This document shows, one piece after another, positions 1 to 12,100 of a stretch of DNA of 64,000 bases. Every line of letters starts with the position of its first letter. The first letter of the stretch is position 1. The DNA is taken from NCBI RefSeq assembly GCF_964355755.1, contig NC_092674.1, positions 31,186,001 to 31,250,000 on the forward strand, in the 5' to 3' direction. The notes below the pieces were generated by a model that was given only the letters and a program-made list of their open reading frames with translations, made no database searches and had not been told where the DNA came from. The stretch comes from Antedon mediterranea. Its lineage: Eukaryota > Animalia > Echinodermata. The translations under genes and the position numbers were made by a program.

Positions 1-9
1 ACCTCTCAC

Positions 10-114
10 CTTGCATTTTACGGTCCATCTCACTTCGGATGGATCGTTCCATTTCGTGTTCCATTTCACCACGAATGGATCTTTCCATCTCGTGCTCATG
101 TGGGATGTCTTCAT
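10..114 (-). CDS. dach: Dach coding exon 8 (DEDIPHEHEMERSIRGEMEHEMERSIRSEMDRKMQ)
   Basis: Acceptor TTTTTTCTAACAG|ATGAAG and donor CAAG|GTGAGA. 105 nt, open in the phase 1-1 frame. Confidence 0.85.
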
Positions 115-3100
115 CTGTTAGAAAAAACAAACATATTGAATATTATATATTTTTTATTTATAGTTGAAAATTTATCTGAAAAATGTCAGGCACACCAAGA
201 AATTATAGAAAAGCCCGTTATGTATTAAAAACAACATCAATATGGATTACTGCAGTAATCTATTGCAGTAATTTATTGCACATACCTTGTTCACCATTCA
301 GAGGCCTCATAGACTCATTTGTGTTGATGTGTTTGATGGATTCGTCCCCAGAAATGTGGCGTTTTTGTTCGATTTCCAATTCTTCTTGTAGTCTCCTCTT
401 AGCTCTTTTTTCTTTCTTTAACCTTTTCTGAATAATGGCTACAAAAAGATATTTGACATTAAGAAAAACTACAAGAAATTTGAATTTAAAAATATATAAA
501 ACCAAGTGAATGGATGTAAGAACGAACCATAAAATTGACAAGTAAATTTATTTCCAATGGGGTCTATTCTTGTATACACCAAAATAAATCGTAAGACCCA
601 AACTAATCTGAAAACAGATTTGATAAACGTGGGAAAAAAGTGAGAAGGAATGGGAATAACAACAAGCTTTAGCATTTGATAAACGGTACATGCGTACGTG
701 ATTGAATTTCCACCATTTCACTTTTTGTTTCCTTAAAACTTCTTCTGGAGATTAGGACTCTAGACACATTTCCAATTTTTAAACTGACCTCACTAATTAA
801 TTTATTGTTTGTGATACATACACTACATAAATTCAATCATAACTATTTGCAGATGCGGCAAGTTCATGTTAAATATTCCCTCCCAAAAGACTAAACTGAC
901 AAATATTTAAAATCACTAATGAAACATTTAATATTTTTACATCATGCAAGTTTTGTTTGCAAGTGATTTTTAATTGAAACGTGACGTTAATATTTAAAAA
1001 ATGAATTTAGAAAAAAGTTCCATGTAAAGTAACCAATAATCTTCTAAGGTGACAAGAAACGCTTTTAAATCTTAACGTAATTAAGTACGTACTCTATTTT
1101 AATTTTTTTTAAATTAATTAATCAATACTATATTTTCTTACCTATCCTCCTCATTTCATTCTGGAGCTGCTTCTCGATTGCTTCGTTTAATTCTTTCTGT
1201 CTTATTATTTCTAATTTCATCTCAGCTAAAAAATAATAAAATATTTAAATAACTCACATGATAACTTTAGTAAATTAATCAATTATTAAGTTTTATTAAC
1301 AGGTTTGGGGGCTGGGTGTTCAATGCATTACCTGTTAGTTAGTTGTAATAATTAACCATTAGGCGCAGGAGCCCCGGATAGCGTTACGTTTGAAAACCCC
1401 AGAAAGTGGGGTTTTCAACCATTAGCGGCATGACTGATGTGAGTGATTAATGTGTTTTACGGACGGTTTCAAGGACTATCCTACCAGTGGGCTGTTCACT
1501 GGTCAAATGATTGACACTTTGTATCACCGTTTGTAACTGGAGCTGTGACGACCTTTGTAACTGGAGCTGTGACGACCTTGCAAGAATACTAGGCCAGAAT
1601 TTTTAATTGAAAAGTGCCTTGGTATTAACAATAACATGGAGATGGAAACAAATTTGTCTATCTTTCTTTCTAAAATAAATGGTCACTATAGTTTCAAACT
1701 AGGCTTAGTCCACCACATTAGTAATTACGAATCGAAACCTAAATTAAAATTGTTGGTATTCTTTGGCCGTTGTTTGATTAATTACATCTTCATGCCATGT
1801 TTTTTTTTCTCTAATGATTTGGCGATACGCTGCTATATTAATTAGGCCTACTAGCAGAGGGTTCGATGAGTTTTGAAAAGTTATGGAAATGTGGTCTAAC
1901 ATATAGCAATTCAGTTTTTTAAGGCCCTTCTTCCTTGTCCGAGCCTTTGGAAATATTAAAAAGTTATATTAATATAATATATTCTGTGTTTTCATGTTTT
2001 GAGAAATTGTATATCATTTCAGATGTTTCGCGCTGCGCTTTTATTTGTTTCGCGCTTCGTCTTGTTCGAGCTTCCTCTCCGTACATACCGATAATTAATA
2101 TGATTTTTCATTTCATTTTTTGTACATCATTAACAAATAGCATACAGAACCCCATACAGAACATACCCTTCTCTGAGAAAACACTTGTGGGCGATTCCCC
2201 GAATACGACATGATGGAATAGCTTTGGAGACTTTGACTTTGGAGTAGGCCTAAATCGAAACGTCAAGCAACTCAACAGTTCTTTTCAGAACTAATATAGG
2301 CCTACGTGGTGTACCGCAAATTTATTTCAACAAATATGTAACTTGTTTAGCACGTTTAAAATGGATAGCAAACCATATTTTTTAAAAAAACCTGAATTAT
2401 TTCAAACAGACAGCACATTAGTTCAAACGGATAGCACAATAGATAGCTCAATCAAATGAATGATATAACTGTACTGTGCATTCTATACGGATTATCGGGT
2501 AGCACGTTCTTTCAAATGGATAGCACATTTTTTCAAATGGATACTGTAGCACATTCTTTCAAATGGATAGCACATTATTTCAAATGGATAGCACATTAGG
2601 TAGCACAATCAAATGGATATAGTACTGTACATTATTCTATGATTATCGGGTAGCACATTCTTTCAAATGGATAGCACATTAGGCCTATTTCAAATGGATA
2701 GCACATTCTTTCAAATGGATAGCACATATTTTTCAAATGGATAGCACATTATTTCAAATGGATAGCACATTATTTCAAATGGATAGCACATTGGGTAGCA
2801 CAATCAAATAGATATAGTACCGGTACTGTACATTATTCTATAAGGATTATCGGGTAGCACATTATTTCAAATGGATAGCACATTATGTAGCACAATCAAA
2901 TGGATATAGTACTGTACATTATTCTATACGGATTATCGGGTAGCACAGTCTTTCAAATGGATAGCACATTAGGTAGCACAGTCAAATGGATATAGTACTG
3001 TACATTATTCTATACGGATTATCGGGTAGCACATTCTTTCAAATGGATAGAAAATTATTTCAAATGGATAGCACATTCTTTCAAATGGATAGCACATTAT

Positions 3101-6100
3101 TTCAAATGGATAGCACATTATTTCAAATGGATAGCACATTAGGTAGCACAATCAAATGGATGTAATTGTACTGTACATTATTCTATACGGATTATCGGGT
3201 AGCACATTCTTTCAAATAGCACATTATTTCAAATGGATAGCACATTATTTCAAATGGATAGCACATTGGGTAGCACAATCAAATGGATATAGTACTGTAC
3301 ATTATTCTATAAGGATTATCGGGTAGCACATTATTTCAAATGGATAGCACATTAGGTAGCACAATCAAATGGATATAATTGTACTGTACATTATTCTATA
3401 GCCTACGGATTATCGGGTAGCACATTCTTTCAAATGGATAGCACATTAGGTAGCACAGTCAAATGGATATAGTACTGTACATTATTCTATAAGGATTATC
3501 GGGTAGCACATTCTTTCAAATGGATAGCACATTAGGTAGCACAATAAAATGGATATAGTACTGTACATTATTCTATACGGATTATCGGGTAGCACATTCT
3601 TTCAAATGGATAGCACATTCTTTCAAATGGATAGCACATTGGGTAGCACAATTAAATGGATCATAGTACTGTACTGTACATTATTCTATGCGGATTATCG
3701 GGTAGCACATTCTTTCAAATGGATAGCACATTCTTTCAAATGGATAGCACATTATTTCAAATGGATAGCACATTAGGTAGCACAATCAAATGGATATAAT
3801 TGTACTGTACATTATTCTATACGGATTATCGGGTAGCACATTCTTTCAAATGGATAGCGAATTATTTCAAATGGATAGCATGGATTTGGGTAGCACAATC
3901 AAATTGAGCACATTGGGTAACGCATTGCATCAAATGGGAGCCTACTGTACAGTTATTCTATTGAATTGAATTGAAATATATATTTATACTAGGTAACCTC
4001 TTCAGTCAAAGACTGGTCTCCCAGGGGGCTAAGTTGGTGATCAGTGGCTGTGATGTACTAATACACCGGGGTAACCCCCCACTCGTCTCGAAAGATGTAC
4101 TAGGTTCTTTAAAGTACACACGAGCTAGATGTGTATTCTATTATCGGGTGTAGCACATTAAAATTGAGAGGATAAGATGGACATCATAATTTATTATTAA
4201 GGGGAAAAACAGCAAATCCTTACTGAGGGGACACTCCTATAAAGCGGACATTAAGGGGACGGGGAACATTTAAGCTCAGTGCCAATGTTCACTCAATATA
4301 TTTTCCATCACAAAATAACAAAAAAGACGAAATATTTATATCCATTTATCGTTATTAAATAAAAATGGATATCATGATAATTATGATACTTTGTTTGTCT
4401 TGAAAGTTTTCATTGGTGAAACGTTGCCTGCTACATTTTGAATTTCCGAGTCCAGATCAGTATTGGTATTGGTTTTCCGTGATCTATTCTAACTAATGAA
4501 ACAATTTCTAGAAAATGATATATCTGATAGATATCATCTAAGTGATGTTTTACATATAAGTTATAACGTTTAACTTTTCATTCTCCATACATTCAATTCT
4601 TTTAATATAGTTCTTGTATAACACCATATCAAGTAGTAGTAGAAATTGTTGAAGGGTTTTCTTATTATTCAGTCAATTCTGTGTTTCTATACAGAAAAGA
4701 GTAGTCAGTGGCCTTAACATCAATTAATTGTATAATTTGCACCCAAGGTCGAATAGCAAGAAACTCAGGTCCAGTTACATTGGTGTTCATTGGTCAATAG
4801 GAAATGAACAGCACACTTATGGGTGGTGACAAAGTTTAGTTATTGATAAGTTGTCCTTGGGAAAAACACATTAGTTGGGTTGACCATGGGCTGACAGAGT
4901 TAACGACTTCGTAACGCTATCCGGGGCTCCTGCGCCTAATGAAATAACCAACATCCTAATTCATTACCCAGACTTAAGCAACTTGTAAGCCTCAACATTT
5001 TAATCCAAGTTCGATAAACTTGGTAACTTTTTGAGTAATAATTCTCTCAAATTCTCTGTGGGATAAAGAGACAAGCAATTGTAATATTGAGGATGTTCAA
5101 TTGCGCTGATTAATTTTGAACATGACAATATTTCATCTGTTTGTTATCAAGAATCCTATAACAATAATAAGTTATGACAAGGCAGGGTAATTGAAACACC
5201 ATAGTATTTTTTACAAAACAATTGGTCTAGTACGAAATGTATAAATCAGAAAATTAGATGATTCTATGTTTAAAATTATTTTTTAAAAAGAGCTGGATTA
5301 AGAATAAATTAATTTCAAACTGGTAATTGTGTTTAAACTCAAACCTATTTTATCAATTAACATTTTTTTGAAATCATTTTGTTTGGAAGAGCTGGACTAA
5401 ATTAATTTTAAGCTGGTAATTGTGTTTAAACTCAAACCAATTAAATCAATCTAAAATGACTGACTAAGTAAAGAGAATTATTGAATTCAAAATATATTAA
5501 CTTTACACTTCATTAATTATTTAAAAATTAATATTGTTTAAATGTACTGTTGTTTTGAAGAAATATGTAATGTTATAATCTAACAGTATTTTTCTCATTT
5601 TAACTTCTTTTTTTTAAAATTGCTGTTCTACATCTGTCATATCACATCTTATCATTTCAGAAATAAATGTCTAATCATCGTCTCCAGTTACGACATTAAT
5701 GTTAACCATATTTTTTTACAAATCCAGAATTTTGCATCATCAATTTCTACTCTTGGATCTGTTCCATCTCATTTTACAAATCATTAAAAACTATTTAATT
5801 GATTTAGATGTTTACACAAGAAACATAGGATGTGCATCATGCAAGATATACATCAGATTTATTTCACAATAATTCTCTTTGAATCTAAAATCAGGAAATG
5901 TCACCATGAAATTAGGGTTCCAGTATATTTAATTTAGAGTAACTAATGAAATAATTTATGAATCAGAAATTTATTATAATAAAAAAGTCTTTTATAAATG
6001 ATGAACAGACTATGAAAATTTGGAAATAAAACAGTTTATATAAAAGGTTACTGTATGATATTCGTTAGCAACGATGTTTCAATTTGGAAATAATTATGGA

Positions 6101-9100
6101 ATATTTTAGAACAAAACATTGCATAATTGTACGTGATCAAATATTTTAGCAAATGATTTAGCATTTTGCTGTGACACACATTAAACTATGTGACGTCATA
6201 CGATTACTGAGGTTACTGTCATCAAAAAATGATTTGACTGTATTGGCCGGAGCGTTACAACCACAATAATCAGAAACAGTCTCGTACTTGTCACAAACCC
6301 TTAATTTTGATTGGCCAATAATGAAACATGCTTATCTTCGCTCGGAGATAACTAATTTGATTAATAAATATTGTTACGTTTTCCTCCGACAAATCATGCC
6401 CAATGACGATACTGTATTCTGTTATGTTTTTATGATTTTTTTTTTTTGGAAAGACAAAAAGAAATCAAATTACTACTGTTTAGTTGACCTGGGAAAGGAT
6501 GTGGTGACAGACTTGTGGGAAATGTCACCACGTCATAGGTGTTCCCTAGAGTTGTGAAATGTTGCATGAAACTATGAAAATCTCGTCTGAAATAATTCAA
6601 CATCATTATCATCAGCTAATAAATGTTATCTGGATTGTATTTATCATTCAGTTGTATTAACTGACAGTTAATGCCTTTTTTCAAATCTACACAGCTGTTT
6701 GTAGTAGAATAGCGCTTTAATGCATATAGCGGTTAACTAAACCTGTCCAGATATTATTAATCATTTCCTTGTTTTACAAGATGCATGTACTCTTAATAAC
6801 CTGTTAGCGTATTCTCTGATCATAGTAACCTATCAGACTCACTCATTTCATGTCTCATGTTTATTCACAACGAGAATAAACCAATACGAAGTTAATCTGT
6901 TTCTTATCAGATATTTAGTTCAACTTTAAATGCTAAATTTGGATTTCATAGTACAGTTGAATTTGGGAAAATACACAATTTTAACAGACATTAGCTAAAC
7001 TTGTTTTTCCATTAACTACAATCAAAATCTAATAATAAATAAAAAAGAAACTATTACTTTAAAAAGCTACATATAGTGTTAACATTTCAACAAAGCCAAT
7101 TCATAAATCTAATAACAGAATAGCATGGGAACTGACAAAAATTGCTTTACGGTTGGCAACCGAAACAATTATCACCAATTGAGGAAATCTTCCAAATTTA
7201 CCTGTCAGGATAAATTTAACATTATGAATCAATCACGGACAACAGTTATATCCTACACAGCTGTGAAATAACCAATCAGAAATAAGGAAGTTAATTTCTA
7301 GACCAATCAAAAGGCTGGTTTCACATAATGCTACTGTCCAATCAGGAATAACAATTCCAATTGTGTTATATTCTACAGAGTATGTCGCCCTCTTTTTGAT
7401 AATTGGTAATTTTCTAATAATTTGGTCTTATTAGTGATATTCAATCAGTGTAACACATTCAGGTAATTAATATATCTATAGTTTAATTACTTTAAAAAAA
7501 GTTTTTTTTGGATAATCTTTACACCTTTACCTTTACTTGACATAAATCCTGTATAAACTTCTACATCTACAGTTTTTATTTATGAATTCTATTCGTTTAC
7601 GAGTAATGTACGAAGATAATTAACAACATATTAACACAAGACAAACTGACTTTAATCATCTATATAAATAAGGAACAGTTTGTTTACATCATACTGTAAG
7701 ATATACAATTGTAATGACATTAGCAATTGAGACTTCAGATTCTAGGACAAAGTTGTTAAATCAACCAAATAACTAGATTAACATCAATACAAATTAGCAT
7801 CGCATTTGTCCATATAAAAGTACTTGTAGCCTAATATAGAATTTAAATTGGATAAGCATGTTTTTACGATGTTCAACTTAGTCTGTGTTTTTTAGTATTA
7901 AAAACAACGACGATTGTTTTGTCTGTGTGGGAACATCAAACGAATGTTTGTAGTTGGTTAAAAATACTACTTAAAGTCCTCTTGTTTTACAACCAATGGG
8001 GCAACCTATCGAACGTATCCCATGATTAATGTATTACAAGTTACTCCTCCTCAGATAGTACATTCTCGAGTTCTTTGAAATGTTAGTGTGATAAGCAATT
8101 TGGAACATCTAATCTAATTAATTTCTCAAATAATTCCATGATATTGCTTTGGATATCTAGAAAATCATCAGATAGTCAAAATAAATTTTATTGCAAATTT
8201 GCTTATATAAAAACATTGTTTAACTGTTTGTGTGCTGTCAAAGCCAGAGGGAGAGATGTTAAAATGGCAATGTTACAATTCTTCTTGATATCAATCATTG
8301 ATATCAAGACTATCATCAAAATAATCAGAGCATAAAGAAACCAACTGACAGAGTAATAAACTTTGACAATACTAGCGGAAAAATCTGGAAACTATCCCCC
8401 TTAATTTTCGGAAAAACTTCTACAAGAAATCGTTAGTGTTTTTTCATATCATGATTGACAGTTACAATTGGGTTAAGTAAGTATCTGATAATGTTTAAGA
8501 ATTGTACAATTCTCAATGCACCAAATGAACGCATGTCTTTTTTAGAACATTTCCTTTCCCTTGGGTTTTTTCAAGGTGAGAAGCTGTGATTCCCATTAAA
8601 CATTTTGTTGCAATAGAAACACTGTTATCAGTAGATCTGTAACCCACAAATATAACTATTACGATTTCCTATGCTTATACCTCAAGTTTAGATTAGGTTT
8701 TAGCTATACCTAAATTTTATCTTTCTGTTTCTGTCTATTTAAAATGATTTCACTTTCTTGTGACAAAACAAAGAAAGTTGAATCTCCGCCATTTTTGGTA
8801 TTACTATTAGCTTCTTTCTTAGAATTATAGATTTCTCTGAATGTGAAAAATTCTCAAAATACAAATTTACAAAAATACGATCTATTAATGATTTATGTAT
8901 TTATCACACAGATAGAATATACCTAAATATTGAATAATTATAAATCGGGGGTCCAAAATTTAACATCAGAAACAGCAAGCATAAACAGCAGCCAGCATAA
9001 ATCGGCGCCCTCTTGTTTCTTTAGTTTTAACGACCTTGATAACTCAAGCTAATGTCCAAATACAAAAACCAATCGATTAATTTTCAACAGGTTTCAGAGT

Positions 9101-12100
9101 GAGCCCCCAGGGCTTGCATTAAACTGACTTAATAGGAAGAAGGGGCTTTTAACCTGTCACCAACCCCCAGCATTAATTGTCACCATTGGGTATCCCACAT
9201 AACAATCAAACATCTAATCAACACAGGCCGTAGCTAACGTGGGTCATTGACTTATAAATGACTCCTTCTCTACATATTCTACTATGGGTACAATTTCAAA
9301 GTATTGATTCGTTAATTTATTCTTGTTAATCTTCTCTATTTCGGTAAATGTGGTGATTCTATGAATCCCCTGTGTAATGACTCGGAGTATTTAGCCTCCC
9401 TCTATAATCTCTGTATCTTCCTCCACTGCTAATTGTTTACAAGTGCCTGTTACATATCTGTGCAATTAAATATGGCAGTTAGCAGCTAAGTCAATACAAA
9501 CAGAATCTTTGCTTTGCACCTTTTTTTGGGTCAGTTACAACAGAAACATCTGCGAATAATTTAAGAAATGCCAAAAATGAAAAAAAAATTGCACATATCA
9601 AGAAAAATCATTCAATAATAATTTGGAATATAATATCTTGATTAAAGCTATAATTTTATCGGGTTAGATTACGAAGTCTGTTGGCCGCGTTTATGGCAGT
9701 TCAGTTAATTATTGTGTGAAAATGCCAAAAAAATTATTAGTGATTGTTTTAATTTGTAAAAGATAATAAACATAACAAAACATGACGTGTATTTATTTTT
9801 TGTATTGTTTTTGAGTTTATAGTTTCACTTTTTAGCAAAACCTACCTGCATGAGTTGACAAATTTGAATCAACTTTAATAAAATGTTAATATTAATAAAT
9901 TGTAATCCACATTGTGGTTAACTATAGCTTTATATCATGCTCTCTAGTTTATCCCTGACACAACAAACCACCCGTTTCCCCGCTTTATAAACTGGGTGAT
10001 AAAAATTAAAATAACGGAACCATAATCCTGAGGGAGTGTTGCTGGGTCAGTTTCTGCAGGAAAGCGTAATTTCATTTGCAATACTAAAAACTTTGTTCAA
10101 ATTTGGATCTAATTTAGCGGAGATGGTGGAGAAAGCATCAAGGGAGTTGAAGAAAGAATCGTACGATTGATAAACTGACAGGACAAAACTAAAAGAATAA
10201 GGAGATCAATGAATTGTAACACTCACAGGAAAGACAGAGAAACCACTCATCAAGAACAATACATGATTTCATCTAACATATGCATAATGAAACACAAAAA
10301 ATCACGTTTTTAACTTAACGTTTTCTTTCACTTTGATGAGTTTTGTTTCAATTGTTTCCATGTAAAGTGGGAATATTATTTTGAATAAGTTGGCAGACTT
10401 ATTAGCTTCAATGTGTGTGGTTCTTTCAAACCACTAAAGCTCTGTCTACACTATCAAACTTTATGTGACAAAAAATGTGATGGACATGATGATATCATAC
10501 CACTACCATATTTGGGTATATCACTACTATATTTGGGCATATCACATTTTTTTTTTTTGATAGTTTAGACAGAGCGTAATATTTTTTTACAGTTCAAGCA
10601 TTCTCACACTTGACTAAAACAGTTAATTAATATATTTGCTAATTACCAAAGATTGGACTAGTAGTGTAATCCTAAAATTGGACTAGTAGTGTAATCCTAA
10701 GATTGGACTAGTACGTAGTGTAATCCTAAGATTGGACTAGTACGTAGTGTAATCCTAAGATTGGACTAGTACGTAGTGTAATCCTAAGATTGGACTAGTA
10801 CGTAGTGTAATCCTAAGATTGGACTAGTACGTAGTGTAATCCTAAGATTGGACTAGTACGTAGTGTAATCCTAAGATTGGACTAGTAGTGTAATCCTAAG
10901 ATTGGACTAGTAGTGTAATCCTAAGATTGGACTAGTAGTGTAATCCTAAGATTGGACTAGTAGTGTAATCCTAAGATTGGACTAGTAGTGTAATCCTAAA
11001 TTATCTTAATTGCGGTGTTACTAAATGTTCTTTTATCGAACTCTAGTGATTCTAGACTTCTTCAACTATTTTGGGTTGGAATTAAATGGTTCATCCGTGA
11101 CCCACTAACCTCATATTCAATGTCATACTGTAATAAATAGGCCATGAATATAGGCCAAGCATATCTAGACATTGCCATGGTTACAGCACATAAATGTGAT
11201 ACCTTGATCATATACTGTAATGTCACTGAGGGGATACTATTTTCTCTGTAACATTTGAGTGACTTGACAATTTTTTATTTATGCCATTCATATTATTTAT
11301 GTTATGTCTATGATTTATTTACTGAAATGTTACTACTGATTCTTAGATAGAGGTAGAGCTACAGTATATACAAAATAAACCTAATAACTTTCGGTAGAAA
11401 CAGTGCACTCCATTATTGCTATGGTGTTTAATAAAATTATTACTTATGGTATTTTAAAGATATGCAGAAACATAACAGGCCAAAAATATATTTTACCATC
11501 TTTTGCTTTCAAATTGAACAGCTTTTAATAGTTAGTTCTTTGTTGGAAGTTGTAACTCATTGTCTAATAATAATTACTTTCATGTGTAACTGTTGAATGA
11601 TGAGTAAATCCAAAATTAGTAATATACAATATGGATATGGATTCCCAGTAAAAGAAAACAAGCAATGTAAAACAGCAAATATTTAGAGTATATTATTAGA
11701 TTTTCACAGTTTTCATGTTTTTGTTTGGTGCTGATATTGCAAGCATTCATATTAACATAATAGAAATCATTTAGATCATTAATACCTTTATTATTAGTGT
11801 TAAGTTTGATCACATTGCCAAGTTGAAATTAGTTTAAAAACAGAAAGAAACAATAAAAATGCTATATATTTCATCCTTTTTAAACCACTTTCCCAAATCC
11901 AGTCTACACCCAAATATGCACGCAAATAGAGTACAAACCAATCATCTACAATTGTTGTTAAGCTCTGTCTACACAATCAAACTAGTGTGACAAAAAAAGT
12001 GTGATCACATAAAGTTTGATAGTGTAGACAAGGTTTAAAAAGTTCATCACATAAACCTTTAAAATTTGTTTAAAAACCAGCTTTTCTATTTCAAACATCT

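Larger units (their letters stand above)
1357..4941. mobile_element. Non-autonomous TIR DNA transposon, 3585 bp (possibly P superfamily)
   Basis: Perfect 32-bp inverted repeats: CATTAGGCGCAGGAGCCCCGGATAGCGTTACG at 1357-1388 and its reverse complement at 4910-4941. Flanks AATTAAC / AAATAAC match 6/7 (candidate TSD). No transposase ORF seen. The superfamily call is inference from CA..TG ends and TSD length. Confidence 0.85.

Noticed and set aside
1636-2213. ORFs inside the TIR element as transposase
   Set aside because: Short, with no DDE or THAP motifs recognisable in the frames I read.
3549-3776. 75-aa ORF
   Set aside because: Translation of the satellite.
2395-3960. Repeat array as CRISPR
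   Set aside because: The intervening sequences are themselves repeated rather than unique spacers, there are no cas genes, and the context is a eukaryotic intron.
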